The notes beneath the pieces were generated by a model. The model was not told where the DNA came from. It saw nothing but the letters and a program-made list of their open reading frames with translations, and ran no database searches. Source: an uncultured Bacilli bacterium (GTDB lineage: Bacteria; Bacillota_I; Bacilli_A; RF39; UBA660). From it: a stretch of DNA of 53,665 nucleotides. This document shows positions 41,393 through 51,126 of this stretch, one piece after another. Location: the NCBI GenBank assembly GCA_934102055.1, contig CAKOSE010000004.1, forward strand, positions 1 to 53,665, given 5' to 3'. A program made the translations under genes and the position numbers. Every line of letters begins with the position of its first letter. Position 1 is the stretch's first letter.

Positions 41393-42091
41393 CTAGTATT
41401 TTATTTCCCCTTTTTTGATGAACTCTCTTAAAATTTTTGTTATTGCTCTTTTTTCTATTCTTGATACATAACTTCTTGATATTTTTAGATCTTTTGCTAT
41501 TTCTTTTTGGGTTTTTTCATCTTCGTTTAAGAGTCCATATCTTTTTATTATTATTTCTCTTTCTCTATCTGTTAGTTTATTTATATATTCTTTTAAAAGT
41601 TTAACGTTATCTTTTATATACATGTTTTCTATATAATCTGGTTTTGGTGTTTTTAAGACGTCTAGTATTGTTATGTCATTTCCTTCTTTATCATATCCGA
41701 TTGGATCGTCTAAGGAAATGTTATTGTTATTTTTTTTATTACTTCTGAAGAACATTAATATTTCATTTTCTATACATTTAGCACAATAAGTTGTGATTCT
41801 TGTTCCATGTTTCTTTGAGTAAGAATCTATTCCTTTGATTAGCCCGATTGTTCCTATACTTATTAAGTCATCGTTGTCTATGTTAGTATTTTCATATTTT
41901 TTAGTTATATGTGCAACTAGTCTTAGATTGTGTTCTATTAAAATATCTCTTGCTTTTTTATCTTTTTTGAGTAATAAATCTATATATTTTTCTTCTTCTT
42001 CTTTTGAGAGAGGTTCTTTAAAGACATTATTAGAGTAAGAGGTTTTAAAGAGCATTAAAGTTTTTAAAAAAGAGATTAGTCCAAAAAACAT
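41393..42091 (-). CDS. sigK: Sporulation sigma factor, SigK-like, with N-terminal pro-sequence
   Basis: YSNNVFKEPLS, LIEHNLRLVAHITKKYENT, DLISIGTIGLIKGIDSY, CIENEILM and ISRSYVSRIEKRA align closely with Bacillus subtilis pro-sigma-K. The hydrophobic leader is MFFGLISFLKTLMLF. The gene is contiguous, with no intervening element. Confidence 0.8.
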   Translation of the reverse strand: MFFGLISFLKTLMLFKTSYSNNVFKEPLSKEEEEKYIDLLLKKDKKARDILIEHNLRLVAHITKKYENTNIDNDDLISIGTIGLIKGIDSYSKKHGTRITTYCAKCIENEILMFFRSNKKNNNNISLDDPIGYDKEGNDITILDVLKTPKPDYIENMYIKDNVKLLKEYINKLTDREREIIIKRYGLLNEDEKTQKEIAKDLKISRSYVSRIEKRAITKILREFIKKGEIKY

Positions 42092-42176
42092 ATTACCACC
42101 TACTTAATGATATGTTTTCTTTTTTAAAAGTATTTTATAATATGTCTTATTTTGTTATAATTTAGAGGGTGATAAG

Positions 42177-42587
42177 ATGAAAGAGAAATCTTGTGGATGT
42201 ATTATATTTAAAAAAGAGAATGAAAAGATAAAGTTTTTAGTTATTAAACAAGTGCTTGGACATTATGGGTTTCCTAAAGGTCATGTTGAGAGAAATGAAA
42301 CTGAAAAGGAAACTGCTTTAAGAGAAGTAAAAGAAGAAACTGGACTTGATATAAGTTTTCTTGGAGATTATAGAAAGGTTATAACTTATAGTCCTAAAGC
42401 TAATACCATTAAGGATGTTATATATTTTTTGGGAACTGTTAAAGGAGGCACTTTAAAGCCTCAAGAGGAAGAGGTTTCATTAATAAAGTGGTTTGATTTT
42501 GAAGATGCTTATAAGACTATTACATATAAGGATGATAAAAATATATTACTAAGTGCTTATAATTATATAAAAGATAATAATTTTTAA
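42177..42587 (+). CDS. NUDIX hydrolase
   Basis: Nudix box GHYGFPKGHVERNETEKETALREVKEETG. Confidence 0.85.
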   Translation: MKEKSCGCIIFKKENEKIKFLVIKQVLGHYGFPKGHVERNETEKETALREVKEETGLDISFLGDYRKVITYSPKANTIKDVIYFLGTVKGGTLKPQEEEVSLIKWFDFEDAYKTITYKDDKNILLSAYNYIKDNNF

Positions 42588-42638
42588 TTTTTTGGAAAGT
42601 ATTTTTTTTCTTAACATATAAATATATAGGTGAAGAAA

Positions 42639-43154
42639 ATGAAAAATATATTAAAAGATAGTAATAAGTATAGAAATGATATTAATGATATTTTAAATGA
42701 GGTATTTAAATATCTTCCTAAACTAAAGGATTGGTATTTGGAACAAAGTGTTATATTTGATGATAATAAAAAGGTTTTATTTAAGGCATTAAGAAATGAT
42801 CAGAATGAAAAAATTGGTAATCAAATAATAATAGATATTCTTTTAGATACTATATATAATTATAATTTAATAATACAGGATGACTCAGTTAAGCTAACAA
42901 AAATATATCAGGAAAAGGATAAGCTTATTAAAGAAACAAAAAAAATAACAATTAATGATGATGAAATAACAAGAAAATGTGTGTTAAATGTAAATAATTG
43001 TAAGACAAAGTATGAAGAAACATATAGTTTTAAAGATGATGAAAGTATTATAAGTATAAATGATAGTGATATAAAAGATACTTGTGATAAGTCTTTGGAT
43101 GAGATTATTAAAAAAATGAAGAATATTAAAAATAAGACTCTTGTAAGGAAGTAA
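42639..43154 (+). CDS. Hypothetical protein
   Basis: ORF with RBS taggtgaagaaaATG. K/N/D-rich with no recognisable motif. Confidence 0.5.
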   Translation: MKNILKDSNKYRNDINDILNEVFKYLPKLKDWYLEQSVIFDDNKKVLFKALRNDQNEKIGNQIIIDILLDTIYNYNLIIQDDSVKLTKIYQEKDKLIKETKKITINDDEITRKCVLNVNNCKTKYEETYSFKDDESIISINDSDIKDTCDKSLDEIIKKMKNIKNKTLVRK

Positions 43155-43213
43155 GTCCTTACTTTTTTTGATTTAAGTAAAGTTTTATAGTATAATTTGT
43201 TTAGGTGATTTAT

Positions 43214-44335
43214 GTGGAAGTAATAGGAATTGTTGCAGAATATAATCCATTTCATAATGGACATAAGTATCATATAGATAAAATAAAAGAAATGTATAAA
43301 GATTCTGTTATAGTAGCATGTATCTCTTCTTGTTTTACTCAAAGAGGAGAAATAAGTGTTTTAAATAAATGGGATAAGACAAGGGTTGCTCTTTTAAGTG
43401 GTGTTGATTTAGTGATAGAGCTTCCTTTTGTGTACTCTAGTCAAAGTGCAGATATATTTGCGAGTGGTGCTTTAAAACTTTTAAATGAGTTAAGGGTTGA
43501 TAAAATAGTCTTTGGTAGTGAATCTAATGATATAAAAAAATTATATGAAATAGCAAGTGTTCAGGTTAATAATAGTGACTTTGATAGTGTTGTTAAGAGA
43601 TATCTAGATGATGGTGAGAATTATCCGACAAGTATTTCTAAAGCATTAGATGATTTTGGTATTGAAAGAATATCTAGTCCTAATGATTTGCTGGGTATTT
43701 CGTATGTAAAAGAGATAATTAAGAATTCATATGACATAATGCCTGTAACTATAAAAAGAACAAATAATTATCATGGTAATAATAAAGGTAATATACTTAG
43801 TGCAACTGAGATAAGAAAATTATATAGTGAAGGCAGTAATATCAATAAATATGTTCCATATAGTAGTAATATTTTATATAAAAATAAAGATTATTTTCCG
43901 TTTTTAAAGTATCAAATTATAAATAATTATGATAATCTTAATAAATATCAGACTACTTCTGAAGGGATAGAAAACAGGATAAAAAAGAGTATTACTAAGG
44001 CTAATTCGTTAGAAGATATGGTAAGTTTTATAAAAACGAAGAGATATACTTACAATAAAATAAACAGAATGCTTATTCATATTTTGACAGGTCTTACAAA
44101 GGAAGAAGCTCAAGAGAAAATAGATTATATTAGAATACTTGGATTTAATAATAAGGGTAAGAATTATCTTAATAAAATAAAAAAGAATACGGGGATTCCT
44201 ATTATAACTAGATATAAAGATATAGATAGTAAGCTGTTAGATATAGAAAAGAGAGCCACTTATATATATTCTTTAATAGTACAAGATAAGAGTTTAATGA
44301 AAAAAGAACTTGAGAGGCCTATTTATGTAGACTAA
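43214..44335 (+). CDS. tmcAL: tRNA(Met) cytidine acetate ligase (YlbM/TmcAL family nucleotidyltransferase)
   Basis: N-terminal GIVAEYNPFHNGHKYHI. The start is set at GTG 43214, behind AGGTGA. Confidence 0.8.
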   Translation: MEVIGIVAEYNPFHNGHKYHIDKIKEMYKDSVIVACISSCFTQRGEISVLNKWDKTRVALLSGVDLVIELPFVYSSQSADIFASGALKLLNELRVDKIVFGSESNDIKKLYEIASVQVNNSDFDSVVKRYLDDGENYPTSISKALDDFGIERISSPNDLLGISYVKEIIKNSYDIMPVTIKRTNNYHGNNKGNILSATEIRKLYSEGSNINKYVPYSSNILYKNKDYFPFLKYQIINNYDNLNKYQTTSEGIENRIKKSITKANSLEDMVSFIKTKRYTYNKINRMLIHILTGLTKEEAQEKIDYIRILGFNNKGKNYLNKIKKNTGIPIITRYKDIDSKLLDIEKRATYIYSLIVQDKSLMKKELERPIYVD

Positions 44336-44352
44336 AGTTCTTTTTTGTGTGA

Positions 44353-44835
44353 TTATAACTTTTTGATATCAATTAACATTCTTGTATGATAATTCTCATT
44401 TTCATAGAATCTAATGGCATTTTTATTGTAAGCAAAAATATCTACAAAAACATACTCACATCCTATAGATTTAAAATAATCTTCTAGTTTTTTTATTAGT
44501 TTTTTTCCTATGCCTTTTCCTCTAATATTTTTAGAAACAATTAGTTCTGAAATTTCACCACTTTTAGGACATTTATAATCTAAATAATCGTATTTATCAT
44601 ATGTCCTAACATAACCCATTATTAAGCCTAGAACTTCTTCATTTTCAATTGCTAAAAAACATTTACCTTTGTTTTTCGAGACTTCTTCTAGGTCTATAGA
44701 AGCCATTTTATCTCTGTATTCAGGATGAACTCTGTCTAAATTATCTTCATCAACGGAAACAATGTACTCTTCAAGTTCTACTAATAGGTTTTTTACATCT
44801 TCCAAGTACTTTTCTTTATACTCTATTATTTTCAT
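44353..44835 (-). CDS. GNAT family N-acetyltransferase
   Basis: Acetyl-CoA binding motif RGKGIGKKLIKKLE in a 160-aa ORF. Confidence 0.8.
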   Translation of the reverse strand: MKIIEYKEKYLEDVKNLLVELEEYIVSVDEDNLDRVHPEYRDKMASIDLEEVSKNKGKCFLAIENEEVLGLIMGYVRTYDKYDYLDYKCPKSGEISELIVSKNIRGKGIGKKLIKKLEDYFKSIGCEYVFVDIFAYNKNAIRFYENENYHTRMLIDIKKL

Positions 44836-45433
44836 TTTTCAAATAATCCTCTCTTGTTAGTTCATATTTTGCAAATGTTAGTTTTCCATCATAAAATGTA
44901 TACGGAGATTCCTCTTCAACTTCATTTATTTTTTCGAATCCTAATCTTTCAAAAATTTTGCATGAAGGGATATTATTTTTTACAGCACCTGATGATATTT
45001 TATCAATTTTTACTTTTTTAAACATGTACTCTATCATTGCGGATGCTGCTTCTTTTGCATAACCTTTAGCTTGATATTTTTTATCGATAAACCATCCAAC
45101 ATCTCTAACTTTTATATCATTTCCTTTTTCTTGAGCCGAAACTTGTCCAATAACTTCTTCTTTGCCACTCATTGTATAAATTGGTTTTAAAAATATACTC
45201 CAAATAAAAGTGTCAGGATTGCCAGCATTTTGTACTTTTGATATATAAAACTTCTCTTGGGTTTCCCATTTCCAATGGTCTTTATTTGTGGCTTTGTTTT
45301 TAGCAGAGGTTAAATACCACTTATTAATTTCTGGATCCATTAATATTTCCCATAATCTTTTTTGTTCTGTTATACTAGAATTTTTTAGTATTAATCTTTC
45401 TGTTTCAATCGTTTTACTACCTATTAAATTCAT
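44816..45433 (-). CDS. GNAT family N-acetyltransferase (RimJ/RimL-like)
   Basis: ETERLILK N-terminus, QAKGYAKEAASAMIEY and N..S.K..ERLGF pattern. Confidence 0.75.
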   Translation of the reverse strand: MNLIGSKTIETERLILKNSSITEQKRLWEILMDPEINKWYLTSAKNKATNKDHWKWETQEKFYISKVQNAGNPDTFIWSIFLKPIYTMSGKEEVIGQVSAQEKGNDIKVRDVGWFIDKKYQAKGYAKEAASAMIEYMFKKVKIDKISSGAVKNNIPSCKIFERLGFEKINEVEEESPYTFYDGKLTFAKYELTREDYLKNENNRV

Positions 45434-45529
45434 ATTATAAAACCTCGTCCTTTTACTGCTTAGAAATTAAGCTTACATAATATTCTATAAGCAAAGTATA
45501 TTATAATCATGAAATCAAGTCAATAGTTA

Positions 45530-46681
45530 TTAATTTACTACTCCTGTTAGAAAACTCTTTATTACTCTAGTATATTGTTTGAAGATACTTGCTTTTTTTA
45601 TATCATCTCCTGCTGTTAGATCGGCTTCTACTATTGTTTTATTATTGCTTTTAAGATATAGTTTTCCTAGTGTTTGACCTTTTTTTACTGGGTACTTTAT
45701 TTCATTTAGTTTTATATTATATGTATAATTTTCTTCTTGTTGACCTTTTGGAATTGTTATGTTTAAATCATCTTTTAAAACTAGGTCAACGTTATTTTTA
45801 TCTGCTTTATCTAGTTTTAATTTTTTGATTACTTTTTCTTTACTGATTATTTTTTTGTTTTGATATTGATTGAATCCATAATCTAGCATAGATATAGCTT
45901 CTTTATTTCTTAGAGTTGTATTTTGGTAGCCAAAGCTTATTGCTATTAATCTTAAGTTATTTTTTAAGGCTGTTACTGCGATTGATGAACCTGCTTCTTC
46001 TGTGTATCCTGTTTTTAAACCATCTACTCCTTTGTAGAATTTGACAAGTTTATTTGTGTTAACTATCCAAGTTTTATTGTCAGTATTTTCTCTTATGTAA
46101 CTTTCGTATTTACTTGTATAATCAAGAACTTTTTTATGTTTTAGTAATTCTTTAGCGATTAATGCCATGTCATATGCTGAGGAATAACCGCCTTTTTCAT
46201 CGAAACCTGTACAATTGACAAAATTTGTGTTTTTTAGTCCTAGTTCTTTTGCCTTTTTATTCATTTCTTTTACAAATTCTTGTTCGGTTCCACTTACTCT
46301 TTCTGCCATTGCTACCATTGCATCATTGGCACTTGCCATAGTAATTCCTTTTAAAAGATCGTCTACACTTATTTTTTCTCCTTCTTCGAGCCAAATTTGT
46401 GTTCCACCCATTTCTTTTGCATTTTTACTTATTGTTAAAATTTCATTTGTTTTTAAAGAGCCATTTTCTATTTTTTCGAATATTATAATTAAACCCATCA
46501 TTTTAGTTAATGATGCTACACTTGTTTTAGAATTTGCATTTTTATTATACAAGATTTTTCCAGTATTGTAATCCATAAGAATAGCACTTTTACCATTAGG
46601 AGTTATATCCAAATCCTCTGCACTTACAATGCCTGGTATTAAGATTATACTAATTAATAAAAACAAAATTATTTTTTTCAT
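45530..46681 (-). CDS. D-alanyl-D-alanine carboxypeptidase (peptidase S11, DacA/DacB/DacF-like)
   Basis: Signal peptide, SxxK motif (SVASLTKMM), a KTG-type motif (LKTGYT) and a C-terminal beta domain. The start is set at MKKIILF behind TAGGTGAG. Confidence 0.85.
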   Translation of the reverse strand: MKKIILFLLISIILIPGIVSAEDLDITPNGKSAILMDYNTGKILYNKNANSKTSVASLTKMMGLIIIFEKIENGSLKTNEILTISKNAKEMGGTQIWLEEGEKISVDDLLKGITMASANDAMVAMAERVSGTEQEFVKEMNKKAKELGLKNTNFVNCTGFDEKGGYSSAYDMALIAKELLKHKKVLDYTSKYESYIRENTDNKTWIVNTNKLVKFYKGVDGLKTGYTEEAGSSIAVTALKNNLRLIAISFGYQNTTLRNKEAISMLDYGFNQYQNKKIISKEKVIKKLKLDKADKNNVDLVLKDDLNITIPKGQQEENYTYNIKLNEIKYPVKKGQTLGKLYLKSNNKTIVEADLTAGDDIKKASIFKQYTRVIKSFLTGVVN

Positions 46682-46732
46682 AAACTCACCTATTAAAAAA
46701 TATGTCAAATAGTGAGTTAATAGAATTAATTT

Positions 46733-47821
46733 TTACCACTTATATCTTTTTTTCATATAAGTTCTGTTTTCGTTTATACCATACTCTAAGAAATTATAGT
46801 CTTTTTCTTTTAGGTTAAGTAAATCTAACATTTCTCTTTCGTCTAAAATTGCCTGATTAGATAGGAAGTTTCTTATCATTGTCATGCCTTCTTTTTTATC
46901 TTTTCTGTAAATATCAAAGAAGTATTCTCCTAGTAATAGCCCGTATAGGTATTTTATATCGTTTGAGTAGTTATAATATGTGGTTATAAAGGATGCTGGT
47001 TTATTGTCTTTATCTAATGAGTAAATTTCTTTAATTTTTGCATATTCATCATCATAGACTATTTTATCTGATAAAGCCATGTTTGATACTTTATATAAGG
47101 ACTCAGCATAATCATTCAAATCAAAGTAGTTTAAATTAAGTTCTCTGTGAGCATCATCTTTATATATATCGTTTTTAATTAAATAATCTAGTGCAACTCT
47201 TTCAAAAAAGCAAGACATTACTTCAATAAAACAATAATCGTATCTATCTATTTGCTGAATAGAACTCATAGTACTCATGAAAGTATTTTCGTATTCATGG
47301 CCAAGTTCATGTAAATAAGTTTTTAAGAATGTAGCTTGTTTATTTATTTTGCTATCTATAGATATATTTGGTTTTTCATAATTAAATGTATTGTAACAGT
47401 TACCCATGCAGGTTTTTAAATCAACATATTTTATATCATCGAAACAGAATAATCTTTCATAACTTTTAACTTTATCTATACCCATACTAGTTAATATTTC
47501 ATAGGTTAGTTCTTTAGCTTCGCTAGGTTTAAATTTATTTTCTGAAAATAAGCCATAATACTTGTATTTATTTTTTGTATATTCTTTATTTATCTTTGTA
47601 TAAAAATCTTTATATATTTCATTATCATTTTTTAAGAAATCGTAAAACTGGTATTCTTTTAACAATAATTCAATTTGTTCAAAATACTTTGCTTCTTGTT
47701 TTTTTACTTCTTCGCTTGAATTAACAAGTAAAGTATAGTACATATTGCTTAATAAAAACTTTTTTGAATTACTTTTTTCAATTTCTAGTTTTTCCCTTAT
47801 TTGTTGTAATTGTTTTAACAT
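46733..47821 (-). CDS. M3-like zinc metallopeptidase (short form)
   Basis: YLHELGHEYEN (HExxH) followed by IEVMSCFFE, resembling the M3 HExxH...E.xS...E arrangement. At 362 aa it is far shorter than PepF. Confidence 0.5.
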   Translation of the reverse strand: MLKQLQQIREKLEIEKSNSKKFLLSNMYYTLLVNSSEEVKKQEAKYFEQIELLLKEYQFYDFLKNDNEIYKDFYTKINKEYTKNKYKYYGLFSENKFKPSEAKELTYEILTSMGIDKVKSYERLFCFDDIKYVDLKTCMGNCYNTFNYEKPNISIDSKINKQATFLKTYLHELGHEYENTFMSTMSSIQQIDRYDYCFIEVMSCFFERVALDYLIKNDIYKDDAHRELNLNYFDLNDYAESLYKVSNMALSDKIVYDDEYAKIKEIYSLDKDNKPASFITTYYNYSNDIKYLYGLLLGEYFFDIYRKDKKEGMTMIRNFLSNQAILDEREMLDLLNLKEKDYNFLEYGINENRTYMKKRYKW

Positions 47822-47915
47822 AATGAATTTTCCCCCTTATTAAAATTATATCATTAATACTTATGTTTTTAAATATTTTTTATTATTTATTAATATAGTT
47901 TATTAGGTGATAAAT

Positions 47916-48785
47916 GTGTCAAATAAGATAAGATTAATTATTATATGTACTTTATTTGTGGTTGCTTTATTATTATTTGTTATAACTCGTGATTATGAGA
48001 ATAAAATAGTTTTAGGAAGTCAGAAAACTGTAAATGCTTATGCACCTTTTGAAAGGAGTTCAAACTATGATATAAAAAATAAGGAAAGATATGCAAGGTA
48101 CTATGAAAATAATAAAAATCTTGATTATGAGGAAGTTGTAACAAGAGTGAATATTGGTTTAGATTATGGATTTTATAATTATATAAAAGATGCAGACTTA
48201 AGTAAAGGAATTCTTGTTCTTACTAATAAGTTTTTGAAACTAAATAAGGAATATGTTCCGAATGATTTAGAAGAGATAAATGATAAATATTTTATTAGTG
48301 GTAATAAAAAAGTTAGGTTTTTAAGAAAAGAAGCAAAGGAAGCATTTGAAAAATTAAGTGATGATTCTATAAAGAATAAGACTCCTGTATATGGACAAAG
48401 TGCTTTTAGGACTTATGAAAGGCAAGATGAATTGTATAGTAGTGCTATTAAGAGTTATGGTAAGGAAAAAGCAGATTTAGATACGGCAAGACCAGGACAT
48501 TCTGAGCATCAAACAGGGCTTACTATTGATGTTAGTTCTACTAAACAGGGAAACATGTTAAGTTTTGAAAAGACTTCTTCTTATAAATGGATGATGGATA
48601 ATGCTTATAAATATGGTTTTATATTGAGATATCCAAAAGATAAGGAGAATATTCATGGTTTTATATATGAGTCTTGGCATTTTAGATATGTGGGAGTTAA
48701 GGTTGCTAAGGATATGCACGATAATTATAGTGATCTTACTTATGATGAGTATTATTATATTAAAATTGAAAATAGGAAATCTTAA
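47916..48785 (+). CDS. VanY-type D-alanyl-D-alanine carboxypeptidase (peptidase M15B)
   Basis: N-terminal TM, with SAFRTYERQ, SEHQTGLTIDV and ESWHFRYVG motifs. GTG start after AGGTGA. Confidence 0.85.
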   Translation: MSNKIRLIIICTLFVVALLLFVITRDYENKIVLGSQKTVNAYAPFERSSNYDIKNKERYARYYENNKNLDYEEVVTRVNIGLDYGFYNYIKDADLSKGILVLTNKFLKLNKEYVPNDLEEINDKYFISGNKKVRFLRKEAKEAFEKLSDDSIKNKTPVYGQSAFRTYERQDELYSSAIKSYGKEKADLDTARPGHSEHQTGLTIDVSSTKQGNMLSFEKTSSYKWMMDNAYKYGFILRYPKDKENIHGFIYESWHFRYVGVKVAKDMHDNYSDLTYDEYYYIKIENRKS

Positions 48786-48855
48786 TTAAAAACAGTTTTT
48801 TTATAATTTTATGTTTTCATTCCGTGAGTTTTTTATATTTTTTCTATTAAATTTT

Positions 48856-48882
48856 CAAAATAAAAAGGACTATTATTGTCCT
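48856..48882 (-). terminator. Terminator of the envelope operon 53553-48881
   Basis: Stem AGGAC / GTCCT with a 7-nt loop overlapping the TAG stop, then TTTTTATTTT on the minus strand. Confidence 0.6.
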
Positions 48883-49549
48883 AATGTTCATATAATCCAT
48901 GTATTTTTTGTCTAGTTACATCATCAATATCGTTTATTGTCCAAATATTATTTACTTTGGTTAACTTGAAATCTATTGTATATTTAACCCTGTCTTTAGC
49001 TTCTTTTAGTTTTCCTAACCTATATTCAACGTATTTAGAATCAGATGTTCCGGTTACTTTGTCTTTTGCATCTTCTGCTACATCTTTAGTGCCTTCTACT
49101 ACGTCTCTTGCAGCATCTTTAACGTCATCTACGACATCTTTTGTAGTGTCCTTTACATCTTTTGTTATGCTGTTATCAGTTGTTGAACTAAATTCATTTG
49201 GATTATTATTATAGTAGTCTTCTGCGTCTTTATTGATCTTATAATAATCATAAACTTCAATTTCAGTGGTTACAGTAGCAGTATCTCCATCGATTGTTTC
49301 ATCTTTGATTACATAGCTCATGTCTTTATATTGTTTTTTCATTATGTCTTCATAAGTACTTTTTTGTGTATCATTCATTAAGGAATCTGTACTTATCATA
49401 TCTTTTAGTTGTGTTAGAACTGTTTCATCTTGATTTTTATAATTATCTAAGAAATTTTCCACTTTTTTAGTTGGGGTATTATCAAAAGAACAACCACTTA
49501 ATAATACAATAGCCATAATACATGAAAAACATAAGAATATTTTCTTCAT
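48881..49549 (-). CDS. Lipoprotein with a C-terminal repetitive KDV/D-rich segment
   Basis: Lipobox LLSGC. The start MKKIF follows GGGAGGA. Imperfect repeats KDVKDTTKDVVDDVKDAARDVVEGTKDVAEDAKDKV. Confidence 0.75.
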   Translation of the reverse strand: MKKIFLCFSCIMAIVLLSGCSFDNTPTKKVENFLDNYKNQDETVLTQLKDMISTDSLMNDTQKSTYEDIMKKQYKDMSYVIKDETIDGDTATVTTEIEVYDYYKINKDAEDYYNNNPNEFSSTTDNSITKDVKDTTKDVVDDVKDAARDVVEGTKDVAEDAKDKVTGTSDSKYVEYRLGKLKEAKDRVKYTIDFKLTKVNNIWTINDIDDVTRQKIHGLYEH

Positions 49550-49595
49550 AATAAATCCTCCCATTTCTATTATGAGAGGTTTTATTTTTTTTATA

Positions 49596-50360
49596 CTAAA
49601 TTCTATTTAATTTATTTTTTTTATTTTTTAAAATTATTAATGCTATTATAAGGATAATGGAAGCTCCTACAAAGACGATTGCTATTATTACTCCTGTATT
49701 ATTATTACTATCAGCATCTTCTCCTATATCTATAGCATCTGTATTATCAGTATTATCAGTGTTTGAATCTGCAGTTTCTTCTTTACCATCATGATCCATT
49801 GGTTCAGTTTCAAGTTGTGGTTTTTTTACAGAAAAGTCTATACTAAAATCGTCGTCTTTTGGAGTCCAAGTATAAACACCATTGCTTGAAGTATCGGCAT
49901 TGCTACTCGTTACAGTAAGAGGAGTTGTGATATTTATTTTGATTTGATCTGCTCTATGTCCACAATAAAATGGTGTTGATGTTTTTATAGAGATGGAACT
50001 GCTTGTGTCATTGTAATCTATTTTACTAAAACAATCATTAAGTATTCTACTTCCTGTAAGGAATATAGAGGCATAACTATTTTTAAGTGTTATAGTGTAG
50101 ACTCCTCCAGAATGTTTTTTTGTTTTTTTATATTTTACTTTGGTATCAGTATTAAAATAAATATCTTCTTTAACAACTGAAGTCATAAAATCATAGTTTC
50201 CACTATTATCTAGTTCTGAATCTTTTATAGTATAAATATTATTTTCAGAAAATTTTAAGTTTTTATCAATTGTTAGGTTATATTCAATGCTTTTAGCATT
50301 TACAAAACTAATTCCAAACATAAAACAGATTAATGATATAAATATATATTTTATTTTCAT
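49596..50360 (-). CDS. Type-I membrane protein (signal peptide, beta domain, acidic linker, TM, basic tail), paralog of 50373-51116
   Basis: Signal peptide ending VNA/KS, a two-Cys domain, the GVYTWTPKDDDFSIDFSV motif, a D/N/T-rich linker and the TM VIIAIVFVGASIILIIALIIL. Confidence 0.75.
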   Translation of the reverse strand: MKIKYIFISLICFMFGISFVNAKSIEYNLTIDKNLKFSENNIYTIKDSELDNSGNYDFMTSVVKEDIYFNTDTKVKYKKTKKHSGGVYTITLKNSYASIFLTGSRILNDCFSKIDYNDTSSSISIKTSTPFYCGHRADQIKINITTPLTVTSSNADTSSNGVYTWTPKDDDFSIDFSVKKPQLETEPMDHDGKEETADSNTDNTDNTDAIDIGEDADSNNNTGVIIAIVFVGASIILIIALIILKNKKNKLNRI

Positions 50361-50372
50361 AAGTTATCCTCC

Positions 50373-51116
50373 TTATAAACTTGAAGCTTTTCTTTTTTTC
50401 GTAATTAGTATTATTGTTCCTACAATTATAAATATTAATAGTAGTACACCTATTATAATAAGTATAGAGTTGTCGGAATTAATTTGGGTATCAGGTGTAT
50501 TATCAGAAACATCAGAGGTAGAATCACTAGTTTGATTGTCTTCTTTATATTTCTTAGATAAATCAATATTGAAGTAGACTGAGAAATCTCTTGAGTTTTT
50601 ATCATTTGATTGCCAAGTATATATATTATTTTCTTCATCAATTTTACTAGCATTACTTTCTAGCATTTTATAAGGAGATTTAATATTTAAAGTGAATTTG
50701 TTAAAATTACAGGTTAAACCTCTGCTAGTAGAGAAAATTAGTTTACTTTCACTTCCATTTTTTAAAATATTATAGTATTTAAAGCAATTACGAATAATGT
50801 TTGAGTTTGTATGATTATTTAAACTGAAACTACCTTTTATTGTAGCCTTTTTGCTTATATCATCAGTTGTAATATTATAATATGCTATGCCTTCTTCTTT
50901 TGTTTTGTTGCCAGAAAATGGATTTTCTAGTTCTGCATCGTACTCTAGAGGAATTGGATAAGAAATTGTCTCCTTTATTTTTTCATAATCTGAAGAATTA
51001 CCAGTTATTAAGTATTCTTCATTTATCCTGTTTTTGTCTATATTTATATTAACTACTGCGGAACAACCGCTCATACTAAACAAAATTATTAAACACAAAA
51101 TACTTTTTTTTATCAT
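50373..51116 (-). CDS. Lipoprotein/type-I membrane protein, paralog of 49596-50360
   Basis: Lipobox FSMSGC, a two-Cys domain, the NIYTWQSNDKNSRDFSVYF motif, an S/D/T-rich linker and the TM ILIIIGVLLLIFIIVGTIILI. Confidence 0.75.
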   Translation of the reverse strand: MIKKSILCLIILFSMSGCSAVVNINIDKNRINEEYLITGNSSDYEKIKETISYPIPLEYDAELENPFSGNKTKEEGIAYYNITTDDISKKATIKGSFSLNNHTNSNIIRNCFKYYNILKNGSESKLIFSTSRGLTCNFNKFTLNIKSPYKMLESNASKIDEENNIYTWQSNDKNSRDFSVYFNIDLSKKYKEDNQTSDSTSDVSDNTPDTQINSDNSILIIIGVLLLIFIIVGTIILITKKRKASSL

Positions 51117-51126
51117 TATTAATCAC

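Noticed and set aside
41393-42091. Calling this sigma factor SigE instead of SigK
   Set aside because: LIEHNLRLVAHI, the YxxNNxFxxPLS junction and GLIKGIDSYS match pro-sigma-K better than sigma-E (LIERNLRLVVYIARKF). The remaining uncertainty is reflected in the confidence score.
42908-43342. 144-aa minus-strand ORF spanning the 42639-43154 gene and the tmcAL start
   Set aside because: It overlaps two plus-strand genes and their intergenic RBS. Its composition is hydrophobic junk, and tmcAL is unambiguous.
50453-50653. 66-aa minus-strand ORF nested in 50373-51116
   Set aside because: It is an alternative frame inside a longer coherent ORF that has a lipobox and a paralog. It has no independent support.
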